NCBI GenBank assembly: GCA_039820545.1
Contig: JBCBPW010000003.1
Location: 6,938-70,937, forward strand
DNA length: 64,000 nt
Direction of reading: 5' to 3'
DNA from: Bacteroidota bacterium
GTDB taxonomy: Bacteria > Bacteroidota > Bacteroidia > J057
The position numbers were made by a program, and so were the translations under genes. Of this stretch, positions 6,800 through 14,802 are shown in pieces (position 1 is the first letter of the stretch; every line of letters starts with the position of its first letter). The notes beneath the pieces are model-generated. The model saw only the letters and a list, made by a program, of their open reading frames with translations. It did not search any database and was not told where the DNA came from.

Positions 6800-8989
6800 C
6801 TAGGGCAGCGCGACGATCCGCGTATTTTCAGACCAGAGAAAACCCTGTCCTATCTTCAGCACATATACACCAGGAGCAACAAAGGGAATCTGTAAATCCA
6901 CCTGAAATGACCTTCGGTCAGGTCTCAGCAAGCCATAAGCTACTTGGCGACCCTGTAAGTCCAGCAAAGTGTAATCTAGGATTTGATTGGCTTTGTTGAT
7001 GATCTCTATAGGAATGATCTGCCCACTCCCCGAAAAACTACTCGGGGTAAAGAAGGTACGTTCGGGTGCATAAAAGACCTCTACCAAAGAGGAGTAAGAA
7101 AATTTTCCGTCTATGTCTTCCTGCTTGAGGCGATAAATATTCTGTCCTCGCTTGGGACTATCGTCAAACCACTCGTATTCTTTCAACGTCTGGCTATCAC
7201 CCGCAGCGGTGATCGTCGCCAATTGTTCAAAAACCCCTGAATTTTCCCGTTCTACGACAAATCGATCTGTATTTTCTTCTTGGGAAGTCCCCCAAAATAG
7301 CCTGACGCGAGAATCGACAACTTCTCCCTCTACATACGCCCACTCGATAGGGAAAGAGGTAAGCGCGAGACTGACGGCTCCTTGGGCATTGGCTCTACCA
7401 TCTCCAAAAAATCCGAAGGTGTCATTGGTCATGGGCGTAGCCGATTGCTTGATAAAAGAAGTAATATCTAGCTGCGTTAGCTCGGGATTGACAGATAAGA
7501 TGAGTGCCGCAATTCCTGAGATCTGAGCGGACGCTGTCGACGTTCCCCCAAACCAACGGGTGTAATTGCGATCTGTATAATCTCCATTGAATGTGGTGGT
7601 ATCTGTATTGTATCCATTGTTGCCCATACGATCTAGGGAAGAAACATTGGAGAATGCAGAAGGATTGCTGGGAGCAGCTATGTCGACTTCAGGTCCATAA
7701 GGCGCATACGTCGGACGGTCCCCCAATGCATCCATCGCTGACACTGTCAAGACAGAGGCGATAGAAGCAGGGTAGCGCACACAAGTACTTGGGTTGGCTG
7801 CATCAATGATTCCTGAAGCATAGACGACAACGCATCCTTTCCCTTCGCGTCCAAATGTCAAGGCGCTGTCGATGGCTGCTAGGACAGGAGGGAAGAAGGC
7901 ATCATTGCTTGTACAAAAGTCAGCTGCCCAAGAGTTGTTGATGATATCGGCTCCGTTTTTCCAGGCGTAGTTGATCGCGTCAGCGGCCTCCGATACAGCG
8001 GATAGTGTGAGCGAGATGTGGATAGGCAATATTTTTACTTCGGGTGCGATACCCGCCACTCCAATACTGTTGTGAGAGGCGGCGATGATTCCTGCGATGG
8101 CGACACCATGTGCCTGTGGATTATCTGGATCAGAGATCGGTCCTCCCGTAGGTGACAAAACCGTATCTGCCATAGAGGCGCCTGGCAATACTCTCGACGT
8201 CCCCGTCTTATCGTTGAAAAGGTCCACATGATCTTCTACTCCTACATCCACTACGGCCACGATGATGTTACTATCTCCCTTGGTCGTACACCATGCCTCG
8301 GGCGCGTCTATATCTATATCCGATATGGAACGGTTGAATGGATACGTTGGAGAGAAGTTGGGTAAATCATCTGTATTGTTGAGATAGTACTGGAAGTCAA
8401 AGAGAGAATCCGAAGCCCCACAGGTCTGTACCTGATCAGGAGCCATTGTAGGACTGGCTGCTTGTGCAGAAAAAAGGAAGTCAGGTATCGCATAAGATAC
8501 TAAGCCACTTTCCTTGAGGAGATTGGCCACATCCAAGACATGATCGGTAGTCGGCAGCTCGATGTAAGGGAAACCTCCTATGGTTGTCCCGAGTCTTGAG
8601 TTGGGATAAGGAGAAAGTAACAGCTCTACCTCTTCGATACTGGCTTGAGGAGTCAGTTGGTAAAGCACCTTTCGTGTCGGCCAAAGAAGAATTCCCTCTG
8701 GGGTCCTTAGTCCTTGAGAGATACTTTTCACAGCCTGTGTTTCAATTCCTGCTCGCTGTACAGCATCGACGATGTGCTCGCCTGTTTGACACTGGATGAG
8801 TTGGCGTTTGAGATGGGGCGTACGACTGAGTCGTGCTTGAGCATCCCAAGGGGCTTGGTAGAGTACAACGGCAGAATGGAGATCTTTTGAAAGGGCAACC
8901 TTTTCATCTCCTGCCCAAAAGTACGTCTGCCCCATCAAAAAGGGAGAAAGGATACCCAGTAAGGCAAGTAATATGAACAGTCTTTTCAT
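6800..8989 (-). CDS. secreted S8 (subtilisin-like) serine peptidase with T9SS C-terminal sorting domain
   Basis: Asp motif VAVVDVGVEDH, His motif HGVAIAGIIAA, Ser motif GGTSTASAQISGIAALI. Signal peptide from the ATG at 8989 (MKRLFILLALLGILSPFLMGQ). The C-terminal ~80 aa form a beta-rich tail ending VYVLKIGQGF...RIVALP. Confidence 0.9.
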   Translation of the reverse strand: MKRLFILLALLGILSPFLMGQTYFWAGDEKVALSKDLHSAVVLYQAPWDAQARLSRTPHLKRQLIQCQTGEHIVDAVQRAGIETQAVKSISQGLRTPEGILLWPTRKVLYQLTPQASIEEVELLLSPYPNSRLGTTIGGFPYIELPTTDHVLDVANLLKESGLVSYAIPDFLFSAQAASPTMAPDQVQTCGASDSLFDFQYYLNNTDDLPNFSPTYPFNRSISDIDIDAPEAWCTTKGDSNIIVAVVDVGVEDHVDLFNDKTGTSRVLPGASMADTVLSPTGGPISDPDNPQAHGVAIAGIIAASHNSIGVAGIAPEVKILPIHISLTLSAVSEAADAINYAWKNGADIINNSWAADFCTSNDAFFPPVLAAIDSALTFGREGKGCVVVYASGIIDAANPSTCVRYPASIASVLTVSAMDALGDRPTYAPYGPEVDIAAPSNPSAFSNVSSLDRMGNNGYNTDTTTFNGDYTDRNYTRWFGGTSTASAQISGIAALILSVNPELTQLDITSFIKQSATPMTNDTFGFFGDGRANAQGAVSLALTSFPIEWAYVEGEVVDSRVRLFWGTSQEENTDRFVVERENSGVFEQLATITAAGDSQTLKEYEWFDDSPKRGQNIYRLKQEDIDGKFSYSSLVEVFYAPERTFFTPSSFSGSGQIIPIEIINKANQILDYTLLDLQGRQVAYGLLRPDRRSFQVDLQIPFVAPGVYVLKIGQGFLWSENTRIVALP

Positions 8990-9163
8990 GTTTTTGGGGA
9001 GTCCAGTTACAAAGCTAGTCAAGAAGTGGGTGATTGTTCTTCTATGCTAAACTAAAACAAAATGGAAAGTTTTCTTTTCTCCCCTTCATAAATGGACATA
9101 ATTAGAGTTTTTTTGGATCCTTCAAAAACTCTATTGGTATTCACTCTAAGGAATACGTGCAGT

Positions 9164-10129
9164 TCACGGTTGAATATCAAATGGTTGGGCATGAGCCGCG
9201 AGTTGTCCATTTTCGAGAGATTGCATGATGGAATTTAAATATTTACTGAACTTTTCCGCTCCTGAAGGACTGAGATGGTTTGCATCAAAAAAATCGGATG
9301 AACGGTAGAGTGGGTCATCCATATGATTGAGGTACAATATCTGATGCTTTCTCGCAATCGCGTCTGTGGTCTGAACCATATGCTGCAAACGGTCGGGATT
9401 GAGCCCACTGAGGTAGGTGTGCCACATCGGAGTGGAGACCAAGATGGGGTGGATTCCTTTTGACTTACAAAGTTGGATCATCTCGGTCAGGTATCGCGCA
9501 TTGGTTTCATACAACTCAGTATCATAGAAGAGGTCGTGAAAACCTGCAGACTTTCTCCCATTTTCTTCAAGATCTCGCGTCACCGTAGGGCCGTACCATC
9601 CTGTATTGTCACATTCGACCAGCGCATCCCCTTCTCCCTTATAGTATTGGCTTGTTTGATCCACTGCACGTTTGACCGTCAATAGTGCCAACAGACTGTA
9701 GTTTTCAGGTTCGTACCACTTGGTGAAGAGGTTGCTCCCATAATAATGATGATAGTAATACGTCTTGTTGTAGATCCCTGGATAGAGATAAGATTCTGAC
9801 CCATAGGTAGGGTAGGAGATAGGAAGTACAATAAATTTTAGCTTGGTGAGCTGATCTATGTATTTCTCAAGCAGAAACTGATCAAAGGCCAAGGTTTGTG
9901 CTGTATAAGCTAAGTTAAATGTAGGTCTAGCGATGTGGTGTGGATCTATACCCAAATAGCTGTGGGAACTGCCTAGAATCAAAACTTCCCATTGATCCAG
10001 GCCCGCTTCAAAGTTTGCTTTTTTGAAAGCATAATCATTGGGAAGCTCCTTTTGCACATACTCTAGCCCTCCCAATAGCAGTAAGATGGGGAGTAAAAAT
10101 AGTGTCGTACGTAGGAGGATTTGTCTCAT
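9164..10129 (-). CDS. membrane-anchored hypothetical protein, probable SGNH/DltD/AlgX-like partner of the upstream MBOAT
   Basis: N-terminal TM anchor. LILGSSHSYLGIDP is a Ser-containing block I-like motif, and FFDANHLSPSGAEKF near the C-terminus is a DxxH-like block V. It lies 30 nt downstream of the MBOAT gene on the same strand. Confidence 0.5.
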   Translation of the reverse strand: MRQILLRTTLFLLPILLLLGGLEYVQKELPNDYAFKKANFEAGLDQWEVLILGSSHSYLGIDPHHIARPTFNLAYTAQTLAFDQFLLEKYIDQLTKLKFIVLPISYPTYGSESYLYPGIYNKTYYYHHYYGSNLFTKWYEPENYSLLALLTVKRAVDQTSQYYKGEGDALVECDNTGWYGPTVTRDLEENGRKSAGFHDLFYDTELYETNARYLTEMIQLCKSKGIHPILVSTPMWHTYLSGLNPDRLQHMVQTTDAIARKHQILYLNHMDDPLYRSSDFFDANHLSPSGAEKFSKYLNSIMQSLENGQLAAHAQPFDIQP

Positions 10130-10159
10130 TTTCCTATCTCCTTTTTGAAAGATGAGGGG

Positions 10160-11602
10160 TTAAAACTGAAAATAAATAAAGGCGCGGCGTTCGTAATTGA
10201 AATATAGGATTGTCAATGCCATGGCGTAATAGATTCCCCATCGCAATACAACAGGTAGTGGCGCAATTTCAAGAGAGTGCTTAGTCTTACGAATCATTTG
10301 TACCCGCTCAAAAATCAAGAAAGCGATGGCCCATACGACCTTCCATTTGAATCGCTCAGGCATCTGGAAAAGTGAGGGTGAGCAGATGCGCATGAAATAA
10401 TCCCATGCATACTGAAGATTAGGAGCCATGAAAAATATCAGGGCAAAACAGTTCAAGACTGTTGTCAAAAGCATTTGCCACAATGCTTTAAAGGTTCCTG
10501 CAATGGTAAAAGGAGGTCTGGTTTCCTGTACATTAGATTTGAGTTTGGGGAAAAATATATAGGGGATATGGTATAATCCATGCAGAGCACCCCAAACGAC
10601 AAATGTCCAATTTGCGCCATGCCATAACCCGCTCACAGCAAATGTAATAAAGAAGTTACGGATGATTTTCCCTTTGTTTCGAAGCATACCTCCGCCACTT
10701 AGAGAGACGAATACATAGTCTCTAAACCAGGTCGTGAGAGAGATGTGCCACCTCCTCCAAAAGTCCATGATGTCGCGTGCCATCAGTGGATAGTTGAAGT
10801 TGCGCATCAAGTCAAAGCCTAGTAGACGTGCAGTTCCAATGGCAATGTCTGAGTATCCAGAAAAGTCTCCATACAATTGAATGGTGAATAGGAGTAAACC
10901 GATGACGAGCACAATTCCACTGTAGCTTTCAGGGCTTTCTAAGATAAAACCTACCGTTTCACCCATGGTATCAGCGACAACGACTTTTTTGAACAAACCC
11001 AGTAGGATCTGCCGCAAGCCATCTCTCGCTCTTTCGGGTTTGAATTTTCGAGTCTTTTGAAATTGTGGGAGAAAGTTGGAGGCGCGCTCGATAGGCCCCG
11101 CAATCAACTGTGGGAAGAAACTCACAAAGGCCAAGAAAGCGATGAGATCTTTGCTCGCTTTGAATCGCCCTCGATAGATATCGATGCTGTAGCTTAAGGT
11201 CTGGAATGTGTAAAAGCTGATACCTACAGGAAGGATGATCTTCAGCGTCCGTGCAGGTATCTCATACCCAAATATTTGGAAGAGGTCAATGAAGCTATCG
11301 ACAAAGAATCCAAAGTATTTGAAAAAGCCGAGTAAGCCGATATTGACACCGAGGCTGACAAAAAGCCAGAGTTGTTTCAGCTTTTTATTGGGCGCTTTTT
11401 CGATTTGCATGCCCGCATAGAAATCCGCCAGTGAGCTGATGACGATCAGGGACAAAAAGCGCCAATCCCAGTAAGCATAGAAAAAATAACTGGCTGCGAG
11501 GATCAGCAAATTCTGTACTTTGACTCGCCGGTCTGTGGCGAACCAGTACAAAAAGAAGATGAGTATATAAAAAATGGCAAATTCTAGGGTGTTGTAGAGC
11601 AT
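10160..11602 (-). CDS. MBOAT-family membrane O-acyltransferase (AlgI/DltB-like)
   Basis: Polytopic protein with the conserved MBOAT motifs RRWHISLTTWFRDYVF and SGLWHGANW (catalytic His). Confidence 0.9.
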   Translation of the reverse strand: MLYNTLEFAIFYILIFFLYWFATDRRVKVQNLLILAASYFFYAYWDWRFLSLIVISSLADFYAGMQIEKAPNKKLKQLWLFVSLGVNIGLLGFFKYFGFFVDSFIDLFQIFGYEIPARTLKIILPVGISFYTFQTLSYSIDIYRGRFKASKDLIAFLAFVSFFPQLIAGPIERASNFLPQFQKTRKFKPERARDGLRQILLGLFKKVVVADTMGETVGFILESPESYSGIVLVIGLLLFTIQLYGDFSGYSDIAIGTARLLGFDLMRNFNYPLMARDIMDFWRRWHISLTTWFRDYVFVSLSGGGMLRNKGKIIRNFFITFAVSGLWHGANWTFVVWGALHGLYHIPYIFFPKLKSNVQETRPPFTIAGTFKALWQMLLTTVLNCFALIFFMAPNLQYAWDYFMRICSPSLFQMPERFKWKVVWAIAFLIFERVQMIRKTKHSLEIAPLPVVLRWGIYYAMALTILYFNYERRAFIYFQF

Positions 11603-11774
11603 GCCTGTCTCCTCAAGTTATGGGAATGGATAAAGGTCAAAGCTTGAAGATGAGGAGAATCCACGATCTGCGATAGCGTCTTTGTTTCAATGGCAATATT
11701 AGGCGAGGGAAAGGCAGGAAATGAACATTGAGAGAGGGAGAAGCTTAAACAACAAAAGTCGAAAGAGTAGTCTT

Positions 11775-12158
11775 TTACTTCAGATGCAAATATTGGTCGA
11801 GGACGGGCAAGTCAGCCGCTACCCAATCCAAGGCAGGAAGATCTTCTGGCAAGTACCAGCCGATTTCTTCGTGATCCGTCAAGGTAGGTTCTCCTGCTAC
11901 CCACTGACAGACAAAGGGGTAGAGGCGGATGACGCCTGTCGGATAAGCATGGACCACATCAATCAGGCGTTGCAAAATCCGAATTTCCATCGCCAATTCT
12001 TCCCAGATTTCGCGTGTCAGGGCTGCTTCAGCTGTTTCTGTCGGATCTAGTTTTCCACCTGGAAACTCCCATAAACCTCCATGTCGAAGCTCAATTTTTC
12101 TTTTAGCCGCCAGGATTTTTCCATTCCGCTCTATGATTCCACAGGCAACATCAATCAT
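11775..12158 (-). CDS. mutT: Nudix hydrolase, MutT (8-oxo-dGTP diphosphatase)-like
   Basis: Nudix box GGLWEFPGGKLDPTETAEAALTREIWEELAM. The size of 127 aa is typical of MutT. Confidence 0.8.
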   Translation of the reverse strand: MIDVACGIIERNGKILAAKRKIELRHGGLWEFPGGKLDPTETAEAALTREIWEELAMEIRILQRLIDVVHAYPTGVIRLYPFVCQWVAGEPTLTDHEEIGWYLPEDLPALDWVAADLPVLDQYLHLK

Positions 12159-12169
12159 ATCATTTCTCT

Positions 12170-12213
12170 AAAAAATATACAATACCACAGGTAGTATCGT
12201 GTGCTACCTGTGG
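12170..12213 (-). terminator. rho-independent terminator candidate after the aminotransferase gene
   Basis: Perfect 10-bp stem ccacaggtag (12185..12194) with ctacctgtgg (12204..12213). On the minus strand it is followed by tattgtatatttttt. Confidence 0.55.
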
Positions 12214-12228
12214 CCAATCTTATGTGTC

Positions 12229-13422
12229 TTATTGGAGTTTTCCTAAGCCTTCTCCTAGTCGCTCCAATGCTTGATCCAGCTCTGCTTGCGCATAAGCATA
12301 AGAAATACGTGCATGGGTCTGTGTACCAAAAGCAGAACCAGGGACCAGCGCAAGTCCGACTTCATCTATTAGGTAAAGGCATAATGCATCTATAGTCTCG
12401 ATCTTCTTTCCATCAGCTGTATGGCGACCGATAAAGGCAGCAAAATCAGGATAGAAGTAGAAGGCACCATCAGGCAAGTTGACCTCTAGTCCAGGGATGG
12501 CATTCAACTTTTGGTATAGTTCATCTCTACGCTCCTTGAAGGTGTCGCGCATCGCGTAGGTAGGTGCCAAGTCCTGCGTCAGTGCAGCTACAGCTCCCAT
12601 CTGTGCGAATGCATTGGCTCCTGAAGTCACCTGACCTTGTACCTTTTCGCAGAGTGCGGCGACCTCGCGCGGAGCCGCGATATATCCCAGACGCCAGCCC
12701 GTCATCGCAAATCCTTTAGAGAAGCCGTTTACAGTGATGACACGATCTGCAATGGATTCGAATGTACCCAAGCTCACATGCTCTTGACCGAAGGTGATGT
12801 ATTCATAAATCTCATCTGAGATGATGTAGGCATCAGGATACTTCTCTAGCACAGCGACCAAGGCTTCCAGTTCAGCTCGGCTATACATAGAGCCTGTGGG
12901 ATTGGATGGAGTGGTGAAAAATACCAGTCGCGTATTTGCTTGCATGGTCGCATCCAACTGCTCAGGCGTGACTTTGTAATTTTGGGCAATGTCTGTCACG
13001 ATGACTTGTGCCTCGGCTTTGGCCATGTGTACCATCGCGGAGTAGGAAACCCAGTAGGGCGCGATCAGCACAGCGCCGTCCCCAGGATTCAAGAGGGCCA
13101 TGGCCACATTGTAGAGGGATTGCTTGGCCCCTGTAGAGACGACCACTTGGTTGGGCGCATAGGTTAGCCCATTGTCGCGTTTGAGTTTCTCTACAATGGC
13201 ATTTTTCAGGGCAGGATATCCCGCCACAGGTGGATAATGTGTGTAGCCTTGATCCAGAGCTGATTTGGCCGCCTCGCAAATGTGTGCAGGTGTATCCATA
13301 TCAGGCTCTCCCAGCGTAAGCCCGACCACGTCGCGGCCCGCAGCCTTCAGTTCGCGGACTTTTTTTGAGATGGCGAGCGTAGCCGAAGGGGCAAGAGATG
13401 TGATCAATTCAGAAAATGCCAT
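12229..13422 (-). CDS. pyridoxal-phosphate-dependent class I aminotransferase (aspartate aminotransferase-like)
   Basis: PLP-lysine motif NGFSKGFAMTGWRLGY. Family-typical N-terminus MAFSELITSLAPSATLAISKKVRELKAAGRDV from the ATG at 13422. Confidence 0.9.
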   Translation of the reverse strand: MAFSELITSLAPSATLAISKKVRELKAAGRDVVGLTLGEPDMDTPAHICEAAKSALDQGYTHYPPVAGYPALKNAIVEKLKRDNGLTYAPNQVVVSTGAKQSLYNVAMALLNPGDGAVLIAPYWVSYSAMVHMAKAEAQVIVTDIAQNYKVTPEQLDATMQANTRLVFFTTPSNPTGSMYSRAELEALVAVLEKYPDAYIISDEIYEYITFGQEHVSLGTFESIADRVITVNGFSKGFAMTGWRLGYIAAPREVAALCEKVQGQVTSGANAFAQMGAVAALTQDLAPTYAMRDTFKERRDELYQKLNAIPGLEVNLPDGAFYFYPDFAAFIGRHTADGKKIETIDALCLYLIDEVGLALVPGSAFGTQTHARISYAYAQAELDQALERLGEGLGKLQ

Positions 13423-13992
13423 AAGGTTTAAAAATGTTTTGAGAGACAGTTTATGTTGAGTGAAGTAGATGGACAGATGACGCAAGGTAATGATGAAAGC
13501 AAAACCTTTTTACTACTAGCACTTTTTATCTGTAGTCTTTTCATCTGACCTCTAACGAGTAAAATTTACAGAAAGGATTTGGTGATCTTGGCACACACCC
13601 TTTTACAAGATTGCATGATAGCCGATCTATAAAGAGGTAAAGCCAGATTGGTAAAAACTTACTGTTGTAGCGAGAAGATAAAATTAGCACAGTCCCTCAG
13701 CGAAAGTAACAGGAAAAAATTGCGCTTTCCTCATGATTTGTATGAAAAATAAGCCAAACAGAAGCATATCATCTTTCAAAACGGCATATGCTCACTTCCC
13801 AGTCCAACTATTGGTGAGGATTGCTTGTCTCTAACATAGGTTGAGGGAAAAATTCACTATCCCTACATCTAAAGTTGTCAAATGTATTCCTACAAACGTA
13901 GGATTGTACACAAGTCAAAATGAAGAAAAATGATTGGATCATTTTCATGCTTCAAGATTCTGACAACGAAAAAGCTACGTGTTATTTAAAAT

Positions 13993-14610
13993 ATGAACGT
14001 TATGAAATCCCCTTTTGCAAAAACATACTTATGGTTATTACTCCCTGCCTTACTGTTATTTAGCTGTGGTCCTTCGGATAAGGAAGTCTTCATGGAAGAT
14101 TTTGATGTGATGATGGCAGAGGTGAAACATCAGCGTGTGACGTATACGGTAGATGACTGGGAAGAACAGGACGAAAAATTAAATGAGCTGCTAGATGAGC
14201 ATTATCAGGACTTCGAAGATGAACTCACAGAAGAAGAGAAGCGTCATATCTGGGGAGAAGTTTTCTCTTACGGTGTCTATCAGCACGGAGATGATGTCAT
14301 TGAGCATATAGAGCGCAATGAAGAAGTCTATATGCGCATGCTCGAACGCAATCTGGACTTAGTGGAGGCCATGGGCGATGAGTTTTTCCATCATATTTTA
14401 CCCGAACTCAAAGAAATGGGTCCTGAGATTCAGGCTTTGACAGAAAAATTGGTGAGGAGGCTGGAAAAAAGAGGAACCCTTGATCGCTTAGAAAATATAC
14501 TGGAAGACTTCGGCAAGGATATGGAAGAGTTGAGTAAAGATCTGGAGAGAAATGAGCGCTATGAGCGTCAGAGTCGCCGTGATGAGGAGTCGCAAGATCA
14601 ATTATTTTAA
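13993..14610 (+). CDS. hypothetical lipoprotein, highly acidic and helical
   Basis: Lipobox-like LLLFSCGPSD. The remainder is Glu/Asp-rich and predicted helical. I recognise no family. Confidence 0.6.
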   Translation: MNVMKSPFAKTYLWLLLPALLLFSCGPSDKEVFMEDFDVMMAEVKHQRVTYTVDDWEEQDEKLNELLDEHYQDFEDELTEEEKRHIWGEVFSYGVYQHGDDVIEHIERNEEVYMRMLERNLDLVEAMGDEFFHHILPELKEMGPEIQALTEKLVRRLEKRGTLDRLENILEDFGKDMEELSKDLERNERYERQSRRDEESQDQLF

Positions 14611-14802
14611 TTGACTTCGAAGTATGGAGCTCAATATTATTTGCCTCCATTTGTCCACTCACAAAACAGTATCCAACAAAATAGAGAGAAGCCCTTCTGT
14701 TGCAGAGAAGGGTTTTTCTGTTTATTCACTACAAATAAAAGGATAGAAAGTGTATATTCTGATTAGTTGAATCAACTATCCCTGGATATAGTCCCTTTCC
14801 TC

